DNA of 64,000 bases, taken from assembly GCA_050287085.1 (NCBI GenBank), contig JBNKBE010000001.1, forward strand, positions 128,001 to 192,000. The letters are read 5' to 3'. Positions 47,824 to 57,760 of the stretch are shown one piece after another; position 1 is the first letter of the stretch; each line of letters opens with the position of its first letter. A model generated the notes under the pieces. The model was not told the DNA's origin. It made no database searches and worked only from the letters and a program-made list of their open reading frames with translations. Source of the DNA: Polyangiaceae bacterium (GTDB taxonomy: Bacteria; Myxococcota_A; Polyangia; Polyangiales; Polyangiaceae). The position numbers were made by a program, and so were the translations under genes.

Positions 47824-50214
47824 TTGAAGGCCGAGCATAGCGACGAAACCAACAGCGCCGCTGCGTCCGAGCGGAACGGATCTCCTCCTAGTACTCTCCC
47901 TCCAGCGGATTCGGACGTCCTGATCGGCACGACGCTGCACGAGACCTACGCCGTGCAGCGCGTGATTGGCGAAGGCGGCATGGGACGTGTCTACGAGGCT
48001 CGGCACACCCGGATCAAGAACAAGCGCTTTGCGCTCAAAGTGTTGCACGCAGAGTACGCCGCCAACACCGAACTCCAATTGCGCTTTCAGCGCGAAGCCG
48101 AAGCCGCCGCGGCGATTGAACACCCAGCGGTAGTGGGCACCTATGACATAGGACGAACGCCACAAGGCTCTCCCTATCTGGTGTCTGAGTTCTTGCAGGG
48201 GCGCGACCTAAACTCCTATATCGTTGAGGTCGGAGCACTGCCCGAGAGGGTTGTGCTCCGAGTCGGAATCCAGCTGTGTCGGGCCCTCGCGGCGGCCCAT
48301 GCAGAGAACGTGATTCACAGGGACATGAAGCCCCACAACGTCTTCGTCCTCGGCAGCGGAGAACTGGAAGCCGAAAGCCCCGTCGACGTGAAAGTCCTCG
48401 ACTTCGGCCTTTCGCGCTTCGTTGACCACGACAGTCAACTCACCAAGACGGGCGTCGTCCTGGGAACCCCGGGCTATATGTCGCCCGAGCAAGCACAAGG
48501 CCAGGAAACAACAAAGCGGACAGACATCTACGGTATCGGGGCGATTCTCTATGCTGCCGCAACGGGGCGCCCACCGTTCAAAGAGAAAACGCCACAACTG
48601 ACTGTGCTGGCGGTGATGCACCGAGAGCCCCAGCGTCCACGCGACGTCGAGCCTCGGGTTTCTGCAGAGCTCGAATGGGTCATTCAGCGGGCGATGGCTC
48701 GCGAGCCGCAGCAGCGTTTTGCAACGCCCGAAGAGATGGAACAGGAGCTGCTGCAGTTGCTCGGCGAGCCGACGCAAGCCCGCCGCTCGCTCCCCGAAGA
48801 CGCCGGTCCGACCGCGGCCCGCACGCGCCTGCTAATGTGGCTGCTGGCCGCCTTCGGGCTGCTGGCGGCTTGGGCGCTGACGGCTTTCAGCGCGGCCTTG
48901 CACCTGGTTCGGGCGGAGTCGCCAACAGGTCGCATTGGGGCCTCTTTCGTCGCCGCCGGCGCTTGCCTGCTGGCTCCCGTGTTCATCTGGAGACGACTGC
49001 GCGCGACGGTTTGGAACAACACCGCACACGTCGTTGACGCCCTGAAGCAGGCTCGCCCGCCAGTGGCGACAGGGCTGGCGGCGTACGGTGCCAGCGCGCT
49101 CCTCGTACGGGTTCTGGAAACCGGCATTCCATCCCTCTCGCAGCCGCTGCACGAGTGGCGGGGTTGGGGCCTCTCGCTCGCGCTCGTGGGGGCCATCTAC
49201 GCGTCGTTTGCCGCCGTCGTTGCCAGTCCCAAGCGGAGCCGCTTGCTGCCTCCGCGGCTCTTGTTTGCGCTCGCCTTCGTTCTGGGTCTCTTGGTCCTCG
49301 CTTCGAGCGTATCGAGCGCGCTGCGCGGTGTTGAATCAGCGGACGCGCTCGAAGTCCCACCGAGTGCGCCGAACGTCCCCCCGAAAGCCCCCGCGCCCAC
49401 GCGAAGTGGCGGCCACGAGCGCATCGCTGACGGCCTTATCACGGCGCGCGACGGAGGACGCGCAGATGCGGGCCCGACCGCTCTGTCCCAAGGCGTCGCA
49501 GACTCACCCATCATCGTGGACCTCGATCCGACGGACGATAGCAGCCTTGGCGGCGCCCCCAACGAACAACATGCCGATGTCGCGGAACTCAGCAGCGCTG
49601 TCGCAGAAGGGGCCGCCGCGTTGGAGTCACTGACCCGGAGTTACCCGCGGGACCCCGAAGTTCATAAAGCGCTGGTTCTGGCTTATGCGGCGCGGGCCTC
49701 GACCCTCGCAAGTTCCGTGGACGCCATCCGCCGGCTGCTTCGCATCGACATAGACTACGCCGACGATTCCGAAGTGCGTATCATTCTCACCAAGGCACTG
49801 ACGACGGATGGCGCGCCGCAGAAGGCGGCATTCTCGGTGTTGGAGAATGAGTTCGATGTGCGAGCTGGGGCACTGGTCTTTGACTTGCTGGTACGCGCGG
49901 GACGCGATCGAACCACTCTAAATCGGCTATTCCTGCGCCTCCGACGAAAAGCGAAAACCAGCAGCCCCGTCAACATTGCGTACGACTTGCGCTTCGCCCC
50001 CTCGTGCTCTGCACGAGTGAAGTACCTTCCCCAAGCGCGCGCCGTGGGAGACATTCGAGCGATCGCAGCACTGCTCCCTTTGGTCACCCCGCCTCGCGGA
50101 TGCCAAGGAAGACAATGCCGCGTCCAGTGCGAAAGCGAAGCGGAGGCGTTCGAGTCCGTGCTCGCCGCTATCCGGGCCCGCTTGGGCGGCGACAGTGGCA
50201 TGACCGAGCCTTGA
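47824..50214 (+). CDS. Hanks-type Ser/Thr kinase with multi-TM region and helical/Cys C-terminal domain
   Basis: IGEGGMGRV, FALK, HRDMKPHN, DFG, YMSPEQ; about 5 TM helices. Confidence 0.95.
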   Translation: MKAEHSDETNSAAASERNGSPPSTLPPADSDVLIGTTLHETYAVQRVIGEGGMGRVYEARHTRIKNKRFALKVLHAEYAANTELQLRFQREAEAAAAIEHPAVVGTYDIGRTPQGSPYLVSEFLQGRDLNSYIVEVGALPERVVLRVGIQLCRALAAAHAENVIHRDMKPHNVFVLGSGELEAESPVDVKVLDFGLSRFVDHDSQLTKTGVVLGTPGYMSPEQAQGQETTKRTDIYGIGAILYAAATGRPPFKEKTPQLTVLAVMHREPQRPRDVEPRVSAELEWVIQRAMAREPQQRFATPEEMEQELLQLLGEPTQARRSLPEDAGPTAARTRLLMWLLAAFGLLAAWALTAFSAALHLVRAESPTGRIGASFVAAGACLLAPVFIWRRLRATVWNNTAHVVDALKQARPPVATGLAAYGASALLVRVLETGIPSLSQPLHEWRGWGLSLALVGAIYASFAAVVASPKRSRLLPPRLLFALAFVLGLLVLASSVSSALRGVESADALEVPPSAPNVPPKAPAPTRSGGHERIADGLITARDGGRADAGPTALSQGVADSPIIVDLDPTDDSSLGGAPNEQHADVAELSSAVAEGAAALESLTRSYPRDPEVHKALVLAYAARASTLASSVDAIRRLLRIDIDYADDSEVRIILTKALTTDGAPQKAAFSVLENEFDVRAGALVFDLLVRAGRDRTTLNRLFLRLRRKAKTSSPVNIAYDLRFAPSCSARVKYLPQARAVGDIRAIAALLPLVTPPRGCQGRQCRVQCESEAEAFESVLAAIRARLGGDSGMTEP

Positions 50215-50236
50215 ATGGGTCCTGGCCCCCGCGGCC

Positions 50237-50629
50237 TCAGGCCTCTATCAGCGCGGCTGGACCGCCCGCTGCAATGAAGCGCGCATAGTCCCAAGGCTCG
50301 TCGCTCAGACGCGAGAGAAACTCATCGCGCAACACATACACCCAGACCGCAAAGCGGCGCTCGGGAACAACCATGATCGGTACCCGAATGCGGCGGTACT
50401 CGGTCCCTTCATAGCCGTCGAGACGCAACAACTCACGCCCTCCTATCCCCGTCACCACACGCCCCCAAACGTGCGTCCCGAACTCCGGGCGCAGTCCCGG
50501 ATAGCTTTGCCCACGTACCGTGTAACAACCAAAGTGCGACAAGCAGGCAATTCGGCTGGCATGCCGCCTGCCAACGATGTGCCGCCACACGAGGGGTGAC
50601 AACAAACTCCCATACACGAATAGGTCCAC
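50237..50629 (-). CDS. Gamma-glutamylcyclotransferase (AIG2-like) family protein
   Basis: LFVYGSL, YPGL, V.G.V, LD.YEG.EY.R. Confidence 0.9.
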   Translation of the reverse strand: MDLFVYGSLLSPLVWRHIVGRRHASRIACLSHFGCYTVRGQSYPGLRPEFGTHVWGRVVTGIGGRELLRLDGYEGTEYRRIRVPIMVVPERRFAVWVYVLRDEFLSRLSDEPWDYARFIAAGGPAALIEA

Positions 50630-50799
50630 CGAAAGCCTGTATCATGGTCCAAGGCCCCAGGCCCCCCACCTAGAATTCGGCGGCTGCCCCCGCTCCGGGA
50701 ACTTGCGCCCCAAACGGCGCCTGCAAACCATCTCGGTCGCGCGCCCAGCGCGGCGCATTTGACCTGCCGGGCCGACGACAGGCAACATGGCACATCGTT

Positions 50800-52410
50800 A
50801 TGACTGATCGCGCCACCGCTTCCCGCCGGGTTTCCGTTCGCTCATGCCGGACTCGGCGGCCAGGCCGTCGCTCGGCAGCGCTGAACCTTCTGCTCGCCGC
50901 CGCCGCCACGGGCTCACTGTTGACGAGCGGTTGTGCGCAGGTGCGAGAACCCGGCGCCAGCAAGTCGGAACTGCTGGCAGAGCGCAAGGCCAAGGCCTGC
51001 GAGCCACACCAATTCCGCTGCGATGACGGAACGTGCATCACCCGCCAATGGCGTTGTGATGGTGACAACGATTGCCCGGATCGCTCGGATGAAAAGAGCT
51101 GCAGCTGTAGTCGGGACCAATTCGCCTGTGACGAAGGAGCTTGTATCTCCGCTGAAGCCGAGTGTGACGGAACCGAAGATTGCGCGCACGGGGAAGATGA
51201 AGCTGAGTGTGACTGCAAAGATGACGAGTTTTCCTGCGGCAACCACCAATGCATTCATGAGTCGGATGTCTGCGACGGCACCGAAGACTGCGCTGAGGGC
51301 GAAGACGAGAAAGGCTGCGCTTGCGCCGACGACGAGTTCGCGTGCGACGACACGTGCCTTCCCCGTAGCGTGGTATGCGACGGCGACACCAATTGCGTCG
51401 ATGGTAGCGACGAAGCGGAGTGCGATTGTGATGGCTTCCGCTGCGAGGACGCCACAAGCTGCTTACCCGCAGACAAGCGCTGCAACGGTGACGCGGACTG
51501 CGAGGATGGCTCCGACGAAGCTGGTTGTTGTGAAGACAACCAGGTTACTTGCGCCGACGGCACGTGCCTCGAATCCTGGACGCGCTGCAATGGCATGAAC
51601 GAATGTGGCAGCGGCGAGGACGAAGCCGACTGCGCCTGCGAAGCAGGCCTCTATTCCTGTGATGACGACACGTGTATCGATCCGCGACAAGCGTGCAATC
51701 ACGTGACGGTGGCGGGTTGTCCCCAGGGCGAAGACGAACTGCGCTGCCCCGCCTGCAACGACTGGCAATTCATGTGCAACAACGGCCAGTGCGTACCGCG
51801 TGCGTGGCGCTGCAATGGCAGGGTTGATTGTATCGACAGCAGCGACGAGAAAGACTGCCCAGAATGTGACGGCAAGCTGGACTGCAGCGCAGAGAGCTGC
51901 GTCTGTGTGAAAGACTGCGCCACCCGCCCCGAGATGTGCCCTGTAGGCACCTGTGAAAGTCAGGGCGAAACCAAAGATTTCATTCGCTGCAACGACCTAC
52001 TCGATTGCGACGACGGGAGCGACGAAGCCGACTGCCCCTGCGCGCCGGACGACTTCGTGTGTCCGGAAGGCGGCACCACCCCTGCTTACTGCGTGCCGGC
52101 AGCCTGGGCCTGTGACGGCTTGCGAGACTGCCCGGGGGGTACCGACGAAGCAAACTGCGAGTGCAGGGAGGGTGACTTCATGTGCCCGGCGGGAAACGGC
52201 GTAGTGGGACACTGCATCTCCGGACTCTGGGCATGCGACGCCTACCCAGACTGCGCGGACGCCAGCGACGAGGCCGATTGTCCCTGCGAGAGCGGCGCAT
52301 ACCTATGCCCAGCCACCAGCGTGACGCGAGCCTACTGCGTCCCGGGAGAGTTCGAGTGTGACAGCCTCGTCGACTGCCCCGATGGTGCCGATGAAGCGAA
52401 CTGCAAATAG
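50800..52410 (+). CDS. Lipoprotein composed of about 12 LDL-receptor class A repeats
   Basis: LTSGC lipobox; repeats such as [35 protein letters not shown] and [35 protein letters not shown]. Confidence 0.92.
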   Translation: MTDRATASRRVSVRSCRTRRPGRRSAALNLLLAAAATGSLLTSGCAQVREPGASKSELLAERKAKACEPHQFRCDDGTCITRQWRCDGDNDCPDRSDEKSCSCSRDQFACDEGACISAEAECDGTEDCAHGEDEAECDCKDDEFSCGNHQCIHESDVCDGTEDCAEGEDEKGCACADDEFACDDTCLPRSVVCDGDTNCVDGSDEAECDCDGFRCEDATSCLPADKRCNGDADCEDGSDEAGCCEDNQVTCADGTCLESWTRCNGMNECGSGEDEADCACEAGLYSCDDDTCIDPRQACNHVTVAGCPQGEDELRCPACNDWQFMCNNGQCVPRAWRCNGRVDCIDSSDEKDCPECDGKLDCSAESCVCVKDCATRPEMCPVGTCESQGETKDFIRCNDLLDCDDGSDEADCPCAPDDFVCPEGGTTPAYCVPAAWACDGLRDCPGGTDEANCECREGDFMCPAGNGVVGHCISGLWACDAYPDCADASDEADCPCESGAYLCPATSVTRAYCVPGEFECDSLVDCPDGADEANCK

Positions 52411-52416
52411 CTTGCA

Positions 52417-53673
52417 CTACGCAAGGGCGGCGCGTCCAATCGCCCTCGTCGGAACGATGGCTCCGAGGCGAGCGAGCACCGCATATAGCCCAAACAACGC
52501 GCGGTGCAGCAGCAATACCTCGCGCGGCAACGGCACCAAACTGCCGTCCCGCGTCTTCAACGCCCCGCGCAGCAGCCGCATCACAGACGTCGCCTCACGG
52601 ATAAAGGAACGCTCGAAACGAAACCGCTCTTCAAACATCGGTCGAAATAGACACCGCATGAAACGTTGCATGCCGGCTTCGTAGTCCCCCCCACGAAGAG
52701 CAAAGTAGTCGCGCACGGCAGCTTCGAAGGCCGGCAGATTGGCTTCCAACGCCGCGGCCAACAATCTCCGAAGTCGCACTGCACGGGCCGGAGCCAGCTG
52801 CTGAACGCAGCCGAAATCGAGGAATACAACCTTGCTGTCCCGACAGAACAGATAGTTGCCGGGATGAGGATCAGCGTTGAACGCACCCGCCCGCAGGACG
52901 CTCGTCACGAAGAAACGAAATAACGTCTCTGCGTAGAACTGACGATGCCGTTCGCTGTGCGTCAAAGCGTCGCGAAAGCTTTCCCCGCTACTGAAGTGTG
53001 TCGTTAGCACGCGGCGGCGTGACAGCTCCGGCACCAAACGCGGCACATAGATAAACTCGTCTTCCGCGAAAGCCTCTTCGAAGGCCGTCAGATTGCGAGC
53101 TTCGCTTTCGTAGTCGAGTTCCCTCAGCAACTGCCGTGCGAGTTCCTCACTCAATTCGCGCGCGTTCAAACTGGCCGGAGCCAAGCGCGCGACCAAGAAC
53201 TCAAGCCAACGAGCGTTCGCCAAATCCGCGCGCATGGCGGCTTCTATTCCGGGGTGTTGTACTTTGACGGCCACACTGCGCCCATCGCGCAGCCGAGCGC
53301 GATGCACCTGTCCGACGCTTCCGCTCTTCACGGGCACAGAGTTCCAGCGCTCGAAAAGAGCCTCTGGAAGTGCCCCCAACTCCTCGCGTATGATCTGAGC
53401 AATAGGCTCAACGGGCGACGCCATGGCCTCGTCTTGGAGGCGCCAGAATGCGTTCTCGAATCCCGTGGCCTGTCCCCCAGGCGCAAAGCCCTCTACATAC
53501 CCCAGCCACTGCCCGGCCTTCGCGGCAGGGCCCCGCAACGCGGACAAGGCGCGGGCCGCATCTTCCAGCCGCTTGCTGCCCCCGATGCCAACGGCGGCAG
53601 CTCCAACACACGATGCAGCTTTGGCTCCTTGGGCCAAGCGACTGACGCGCGTCGTGGGGAGCGGTGCGACCAT
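52417..53673 (-). CDS. ABC1/UbiB (AarF) atypical kinase
   Basis: K.GQ, SVGQVHRA, VAVKVQHPG, ELDY..EA.N, NADPHPGN, DFG. Confidence 0.92.
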   Translation of the reverse strand: MVAPLPTTRVSRLAQGAKAASCVGAAAVGIGGSKRLEDAARALSALRGPAAKAGQWLGYVEGFAPGGQATGFENAFWRLQDEAMASPVEPIAQIIREELGALPEALFERWNSVPVKSGSVGQVHRARLRDGRSVAVKVQHPGIEAAMRADLANARWLEFLVARLAPASLNARELSEELARQLLRELDYESEARNLTAFEEAFAEDEFIYVPRLVPELSRRRVLTTHFSSGESFRDALTHSERHRQFYAETLFRFFVTSVLRAGAFNADPHPGNYLFCRDSKVVFLDFGCVQQLAPARAVRLRRLLAAALEANLPAFEAAVRDYFALRGGDYEAGMQRFMRCLFRPMFEERFRFERSFIREATSVMRLLRGALKTRDGSLVPLPREVLLLHRALFGLYAVLARLGAIVPTRAIGRAALA

Positions 53674-53897
53674 AGCCCTAGTCCTAGGCCGGCGCGGGGC
53701 CGGTTGACAATACCGTCAGCGTGCGGACGCACGGATCCGGCTGGATTGGCGTCGCTCGCCACAAGGAGTCGTTCGCTCTTGGAACTGGCCGCGTGCTGCC
53801 GGCCGGGTTTTTAGGCAACTCTTCGGCCCAACACGTCCGGCGCGGCGAAGCCGCCACAGCAGACAGGTGGGACCGCTGCCACTTCGACCTCGAGCTG

Positions 53898-53918
53898 AAA
53901 AGGGCCTTTGCAGGCCCT
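53898..53918 (-). terminator. Intrinsic terminator after the radical SAM gene
   Basis: Minus strand AGGGCCT-GCAA-AGGCCCT followed by a short T run. Confidence 0.6.
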
Positions 53919-53948
53919 CCGAGAGCTCCGGGCGAGGGAAAACGAATG

Positions 53949-54815
53949 TCAAGGCGTGATCCGCACAGCCCAACCGACGGCGCGAATACGAGCCGCAAGA
54001 TCCTGGAACCAGTCGTCGGACAGCGCGCTCAGGCGTGGCGCCTCAGCTTGAAGCGATGGGCGCGAAAGGCCGTAGAGCAGGACCCCGCGAAGCGGAATCC
54101 CCTCGCTTTTCAGCCGCTGCAGCAACGCAAGATACGCTTGCTGCTCGGAAGCTTCGGGGGCGCTCCCGTCGATGGCAAACAGACAGGTCTGCAACCAGGT
54201 TGGATGACGAGCGGCTATTCGAGCCAGGCGAGCCTCACGTGCCGCCAAGCTCGCGCTCGACGAGTTGATCCGCTCTGTGCCCGCCCGGGTTGCGGCATCC
54301 AGCTTAAACCACACTTCGATAGGCCACCGCGCCAAGACGTCCAGGCCGCGCTCGACGGAGGGCGCATCAGTGCGCGTCCCGTTGGTGATGAGCACGATTT
54401 TGAAGTCCGCGGGAAGCGTAAACCGCGATAGAATAAGAGCTACCTCGGCCGCGACCTGTTCAAAGTTGGGACACGTCGTGGGTTCCCCATTGCCCGAAAA
54501 AGCGAGATCGTTGAGCCGTCGCATCCCCTCGGGAACGCGGCGCGTCATGAAGTCGCCGCAAATCAAGTCGTCTAGAAGCTCTGTCAGCTCCAGCCGCAAG
54601 CGATCGATATCAACCGCTGGTGCCTTCCCCCACTTGAGGTTTGGAACCTGGCAGTAGATGCAGCGAAAATTGCAGGCATTGTTCGGATTGAGGTTGACGC
54701 CGAGCGACACACCTCCGGCGCGGCGCGACAGTACCGGGTAAACATAGGTCATACCGGTCGCATCCCGATCATGGTCTGCGATGCTGAGAAGCCGGCGCGC
54801 TGTGAGTCGCGTCAT
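53949..54815 (-). CDS. Radical SAM protein (uncharacterised, COG0731-like)
   Basis: YPVLSRR.GGVSLGVNL, CNFRCIYC (CX3CX2C), FSGNGEPT, LITNG, KLDA. Confidence 0.9.
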   Translation of the reverse strand: MTRLTARRLLSIADHDRDATGMTYVYPVLSRRAGGVSLGVNLNPNNACNFRCIYCQVPNLKWGKAPAVDIDRLRLELTELLDDLICGDFMTRRVPEGMRRLNDLAFSGNGEPTTCPNFEQVAAEVALILSRFTLPADFKIVLITNGTRTDAPSVERGLDVLARWPIEVWFKLDAATRAGTERINSSSASLAAREARLARIAARHPTWLQTCLFAIDGSAPEASEQQAYLALLQRLKSEGIPLRGVLLYGLSRPSLQAEAPRLSALSDDWFQDLAARIRAVGWAVRITP

Positions 54816-54870
54816 GGGTAGCGTAATGTCCTATGCATCGGGAATGCGACCAACAGGAGAGCCGAACGAG

Positions 54871-54894
54871 CCCGCGGTCTAAAACGACCGCGGG
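54871..54894 (-). terminator. Hairpin downstream of the cytochrome lipoprotein gene
   Basis: cccgcggtc-taaaac-gaccgcggg 9-bp perfect stem; no clear U-tract. Confidence 0.5.
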
Positions 54895-54922
54895 TCAAAG
54901 GACTGCAAGCCTCCGCGGCGGT

Positions 54923-55570
54923 CTACTTGATGGCTTGCAGCAGCTTGCGCAGATCGGCGACCGCGTTGCTCTTGTTGGTGTAGGTCTTCTGGTTATCGTG
55001 GCAGCTTGAGCACTTGAAGCTTTGTCCCTTTGACTTGCCCTGCTTGACCCAATACTTCATCACCGCCTTGGCCTTGGGAACGCCCCCTTTTTCGCAGGAA
55101 GCTCTGACCTGAGAGAACTTAAAGGAGGTCGCACGACAGGGACTGGGACCGTCGTATTTCTCCGCTTTGGGCGGCGCCTTGGGCGGCGTCTTGGGTGTCG
55201 CCGTCGCCACCGGCTTGGGGGCGCTCGGTGCAGCCGGCGGCTTGACTGCCGCCTTACCAGACGCTGTTGGCGACTTGACCAGGTGTGCACTCTTAGCGCT
55301 GGCGCTAGTCGTGGGCGGCGCTGCTTTGCCGGCGTCCTGAGCGGCGACGCCTGCGTCAGCCCGTTGCTTCGTCCCTTCGAGAGTCTTCCCCCGAGCTCCG
55401 CTCGCCGCGGAGTTATCAGCCGCAGGGGTGTCGGCAATCGTCCCCTTGCTATCGGCGGCAGCAGCCGGAGCCGACTCAGTCGCCTCCTTCTTTGAGCACC
55501 CTGCGGCAGTCACAGCACCCAGCGCACAGGCGCCCGTCAACAGAAGACTGAATCGTGTTGTTCTATTCAT
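54923..55570 (-). CDS. Lipoprotein with Ala/Pro/Lys linker and C-terminal CXXCH (c-type cytochrome candidate)
   Basis: AAGC lipobox; FKCSSCH; very Lys-rich C-terminal domain. Confidence 0.72.
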   Translation of the reverse strand: MNRTTRFSLLLTGACALGAVTAAGCSKKEATESAPAAAADSKGTIADTPAADNSAASGARGKTLEGTKQRADAGVAAQDAGKAAPPTTSASAKSAHLVKSPTASGKAAVKPPAAPSAPKPVATATPKTPPKAPPKAEKYDGPSPCRATSFKFSQVRASCEKGGVPKAKAVMKYWVKQGKSKGQSFKCSSCHDNQKTYTNKSNAVADLRKLLQAIK

Positions 55571-55903
55571 GGCTATTCGATCTCTTCATCGTCGCACTGC
55601 AGGCCTCTTCGCGAAAACAAACGCGGTCCGCCGGGCGTCCGCGGCGCGCCCGCTCGTTTGCGGGTGAGCCCGGGGGGTTGGACATGTAGCTTCGTTTGCT
55701 CCGAGTGCCTCGGGAGAGGACATCAACTCAATGTCCAGGGTCCCGTCCACGTAGGGCTAGCAAATGCAGCCCAGCAAAACCAAGCACGAAAAGAAAGCCG
55801 ACCCGAAGCGGCCCCATAGCGGCGTTCAAACAAACACGTTCCGATCTGACAGCAACGACTCAGAAACGCTCAAAAGGCCCCTCTTCCGGCCGCTCACGAA
55901 GTT

Positions 55904-56248
55904 GTGGATGTGTTGGTGATCTCGGTTTTCGCGTCACTTTCGGTCCTATTTGGCGCTGCCTACTGGGTCGAACGCCAAGTGCGCGCCAGCATTGATCGCT
56001 CGGAAGCCGCCAGGAAGGAGCCGGTGCACATCTCCGCTCCCCCTCCCGCGGCTGTGCCCCCCAAGACGCGAGAGCGCATCGAGGAAGTCACCCACAAGCT
56101 CGATGAACTCCATCACCGCCGCTCAGCCTTCCAACGGGCGATGAGCTCGGGCCTGGCTCAGGTCTCTAGGCCTCGCGCCGCGCCCGGCGGCGGGACAAGC
56201 CCCGCAGCTCCAAAGCCAACGAAGGGATCCCCTGATCCCCCCCTATAA
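55904..56248 (+). CDS. Small hypothetical membrane-anchored protein
   Basis: N-terminal TM helix, short coiled-coil-like segment, Pro-rich tail. Confidence 0.5.
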   Translation: MDVLVISVFASLSVLFGAAYWVERQVRASIDRSEAARKEPVHISAPPPAAVPPKTRERIEEVTHKLDELHHRRSAFQRAMSSGLAQVSRPRAAPGGGTSPAAPKPTKGSPDPPL

Positions 56249-56374
56249 CGGCCGGAGCGTCCGATACTTTAGGGCCCTGCGCTGGAAAGTCGGCCCCGTC
56301 CGCCAATTTGTCTAGTGGGCCGTTTCGGTTCCGCCTTCGAGCACACCTGCCGACCCGGCGACGTCCTTCGCGCC

Positions 56375-57559
56375 TCAGCGCAGGGCGGCTAGCGCGTCAT
56401 CCAAGACCGTCAAGACGTGGGTGACCTCGTCCGCCGCGTTGGCCAGGTGGGGAGCAAAGCGCAGGAACCCGTCCGGTGTTCCGACCGTCACCCCATTGCT
56501 CCGCAATCGGCCCGCGAGCTCCGACAGATCGATGCCCTCGGGGGGCACTACCGACAGTATCCCCGAGCGGTGGGAGGGCTCGGCAGCCCGCGCGGAGCCG
56601 AAACCGCGCTCGATGAGCGCTGGCTCCAGCGCGTCGTGGTACGCCTGAATCCCCGCATAGACACGCTCGATCCCGACGCCGAGGAGCAGCGGAATGCTCG
56701 CGCCGAGAGCCGCGTGCCCCAGGGTATTGCCAGTCCCTTCCTCAAAGACCTGGGTCTCCTGACGGAAAGGCCGATCGTAGCTCAGATGTCCGCGCCCCCG
56801 GAATAGAAAGTCCAGCGCGTGCTCGTGACTCAACCAACCTGCGGTGAGCGGTCGAAGTTGCTTCACACAGGCCTTTCGGGCGTACAACACCCCGGCTCCT
56901 TCAACCCCAAGCAACCATTTGTGCCCCCCCGAACTCAAGTAGTCGACCCCCATCGCGCGCACGTCCAGGGGGACTGCGCCCAGGCCCTGTATTGCGTCAA
57001 CGAATAGCTCGGCTCCGAAGCGATGACATAAGCGGCTCATGGCTGCCAACGGAACACAGAACCCCGTTTGAAACTGCACAAAGCTCACAGCGACCAGGCG
57101 GACGCCGTCTTTGAGAACCCGCTCCAGGGCTGCGAGACCTCCGTCGGCATGATGGGAAGGGGGAGGCAGCCACACAAGTTCGAGCTCGAACTGACGGGCC
57201 GCAATTTGCCATGGCGTAACGTTCGCCGGAAACTCCCCTTGAAACAGCACGACCCGTTCACCGCGCCGCCAGGGAATGCCCAGAGCAATGTCCGTCACCC
57301 CCCGCGTGGTGTTGGTCCCCAGAGCGATCTCTTCGGACTCCGCCCCGAGCAAGCGAGCGAAATCAGCTCGCAACGTCTCGCGACGAGCAGCCCAGTCGCC
57401 AAACGCCCCTGCGCCCCGTGTTGCGTAATCCTGGAGGCAGGTGGCCACAGCCGTCTGAACCGGAGCACACGGCGGGGAAATCGCTGCGTGATTGAGATAC
57501 GCGACGCCCCGGAGGTTGGGAAACAGTTCAGCTCTGGTGAACGCAAGCTCCGCCTTCAT
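56375..57559 (-). CDS. Class V PLP-dependent aminotransferase / cysteine desulfurase-like
   Basis: YLNHAA, NTT.G, EFPANV.PW, VDAIQGLG, GHKWLLG, EEGT.N. Confidence 0.92.
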   Translation of the reverse strand: MKAELAFTRAELFPNLRGVAYLNHAAISPPCAPVQTAVATCLQDYATRGAGAFGDWAARRETLRADFARLLGAESEEIALGTNTTRGVTDIALGIPWRRGERVVLFQGEFPANVTPWQIAARQFELELVWLPPPSHHADGGLAALERVLKDGVRLVAVSFVQFQTGFCVPLAAMSRLCHRFGAELFVDAIQGLGAVPLDVRAMGVDYLSSGGHKWLLGVEGAGVLYARKACVKQLRPLTAGWLSHEHALDFLFRGRGHLSYDRPFRQETQVFEEGTGNTLGHAALGASIPLLLGVGIERVYAGIQAYHDALEPALIERGFGSARAAEPSHRSGILSVVPPEGIDLSELAGRLRSNGVTVGTPDGFLRFAPHLANAADEVTHVLTVLDDALAALR

Positions 57560-57760
57560 GCATGCACGCTAGCACATCTTTTCGCATTGCAATTGGCTCA
57601 GCGATTGGCTTGACTGATCGACGGCCTGTGCGGCTCGCGACTGCGGCAGCGGGTCCCGCTCCGTCGCCTGCGGAACACGCGACCCTTTGGAAAGCGCGAC
57701 CCAACCGGCTCATGATGTTTGTGATGACTGTCGCCGCGTGACAGCTCCGCCTCCCCGATC

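Noticed and set aside
53720..53897. Structured ncRNA between the radical SAM and ABC1 genes
   Set aside because: Only short GC-rich hairpins; no tRNA, 6S, SRP or tmRNA signature recognised.
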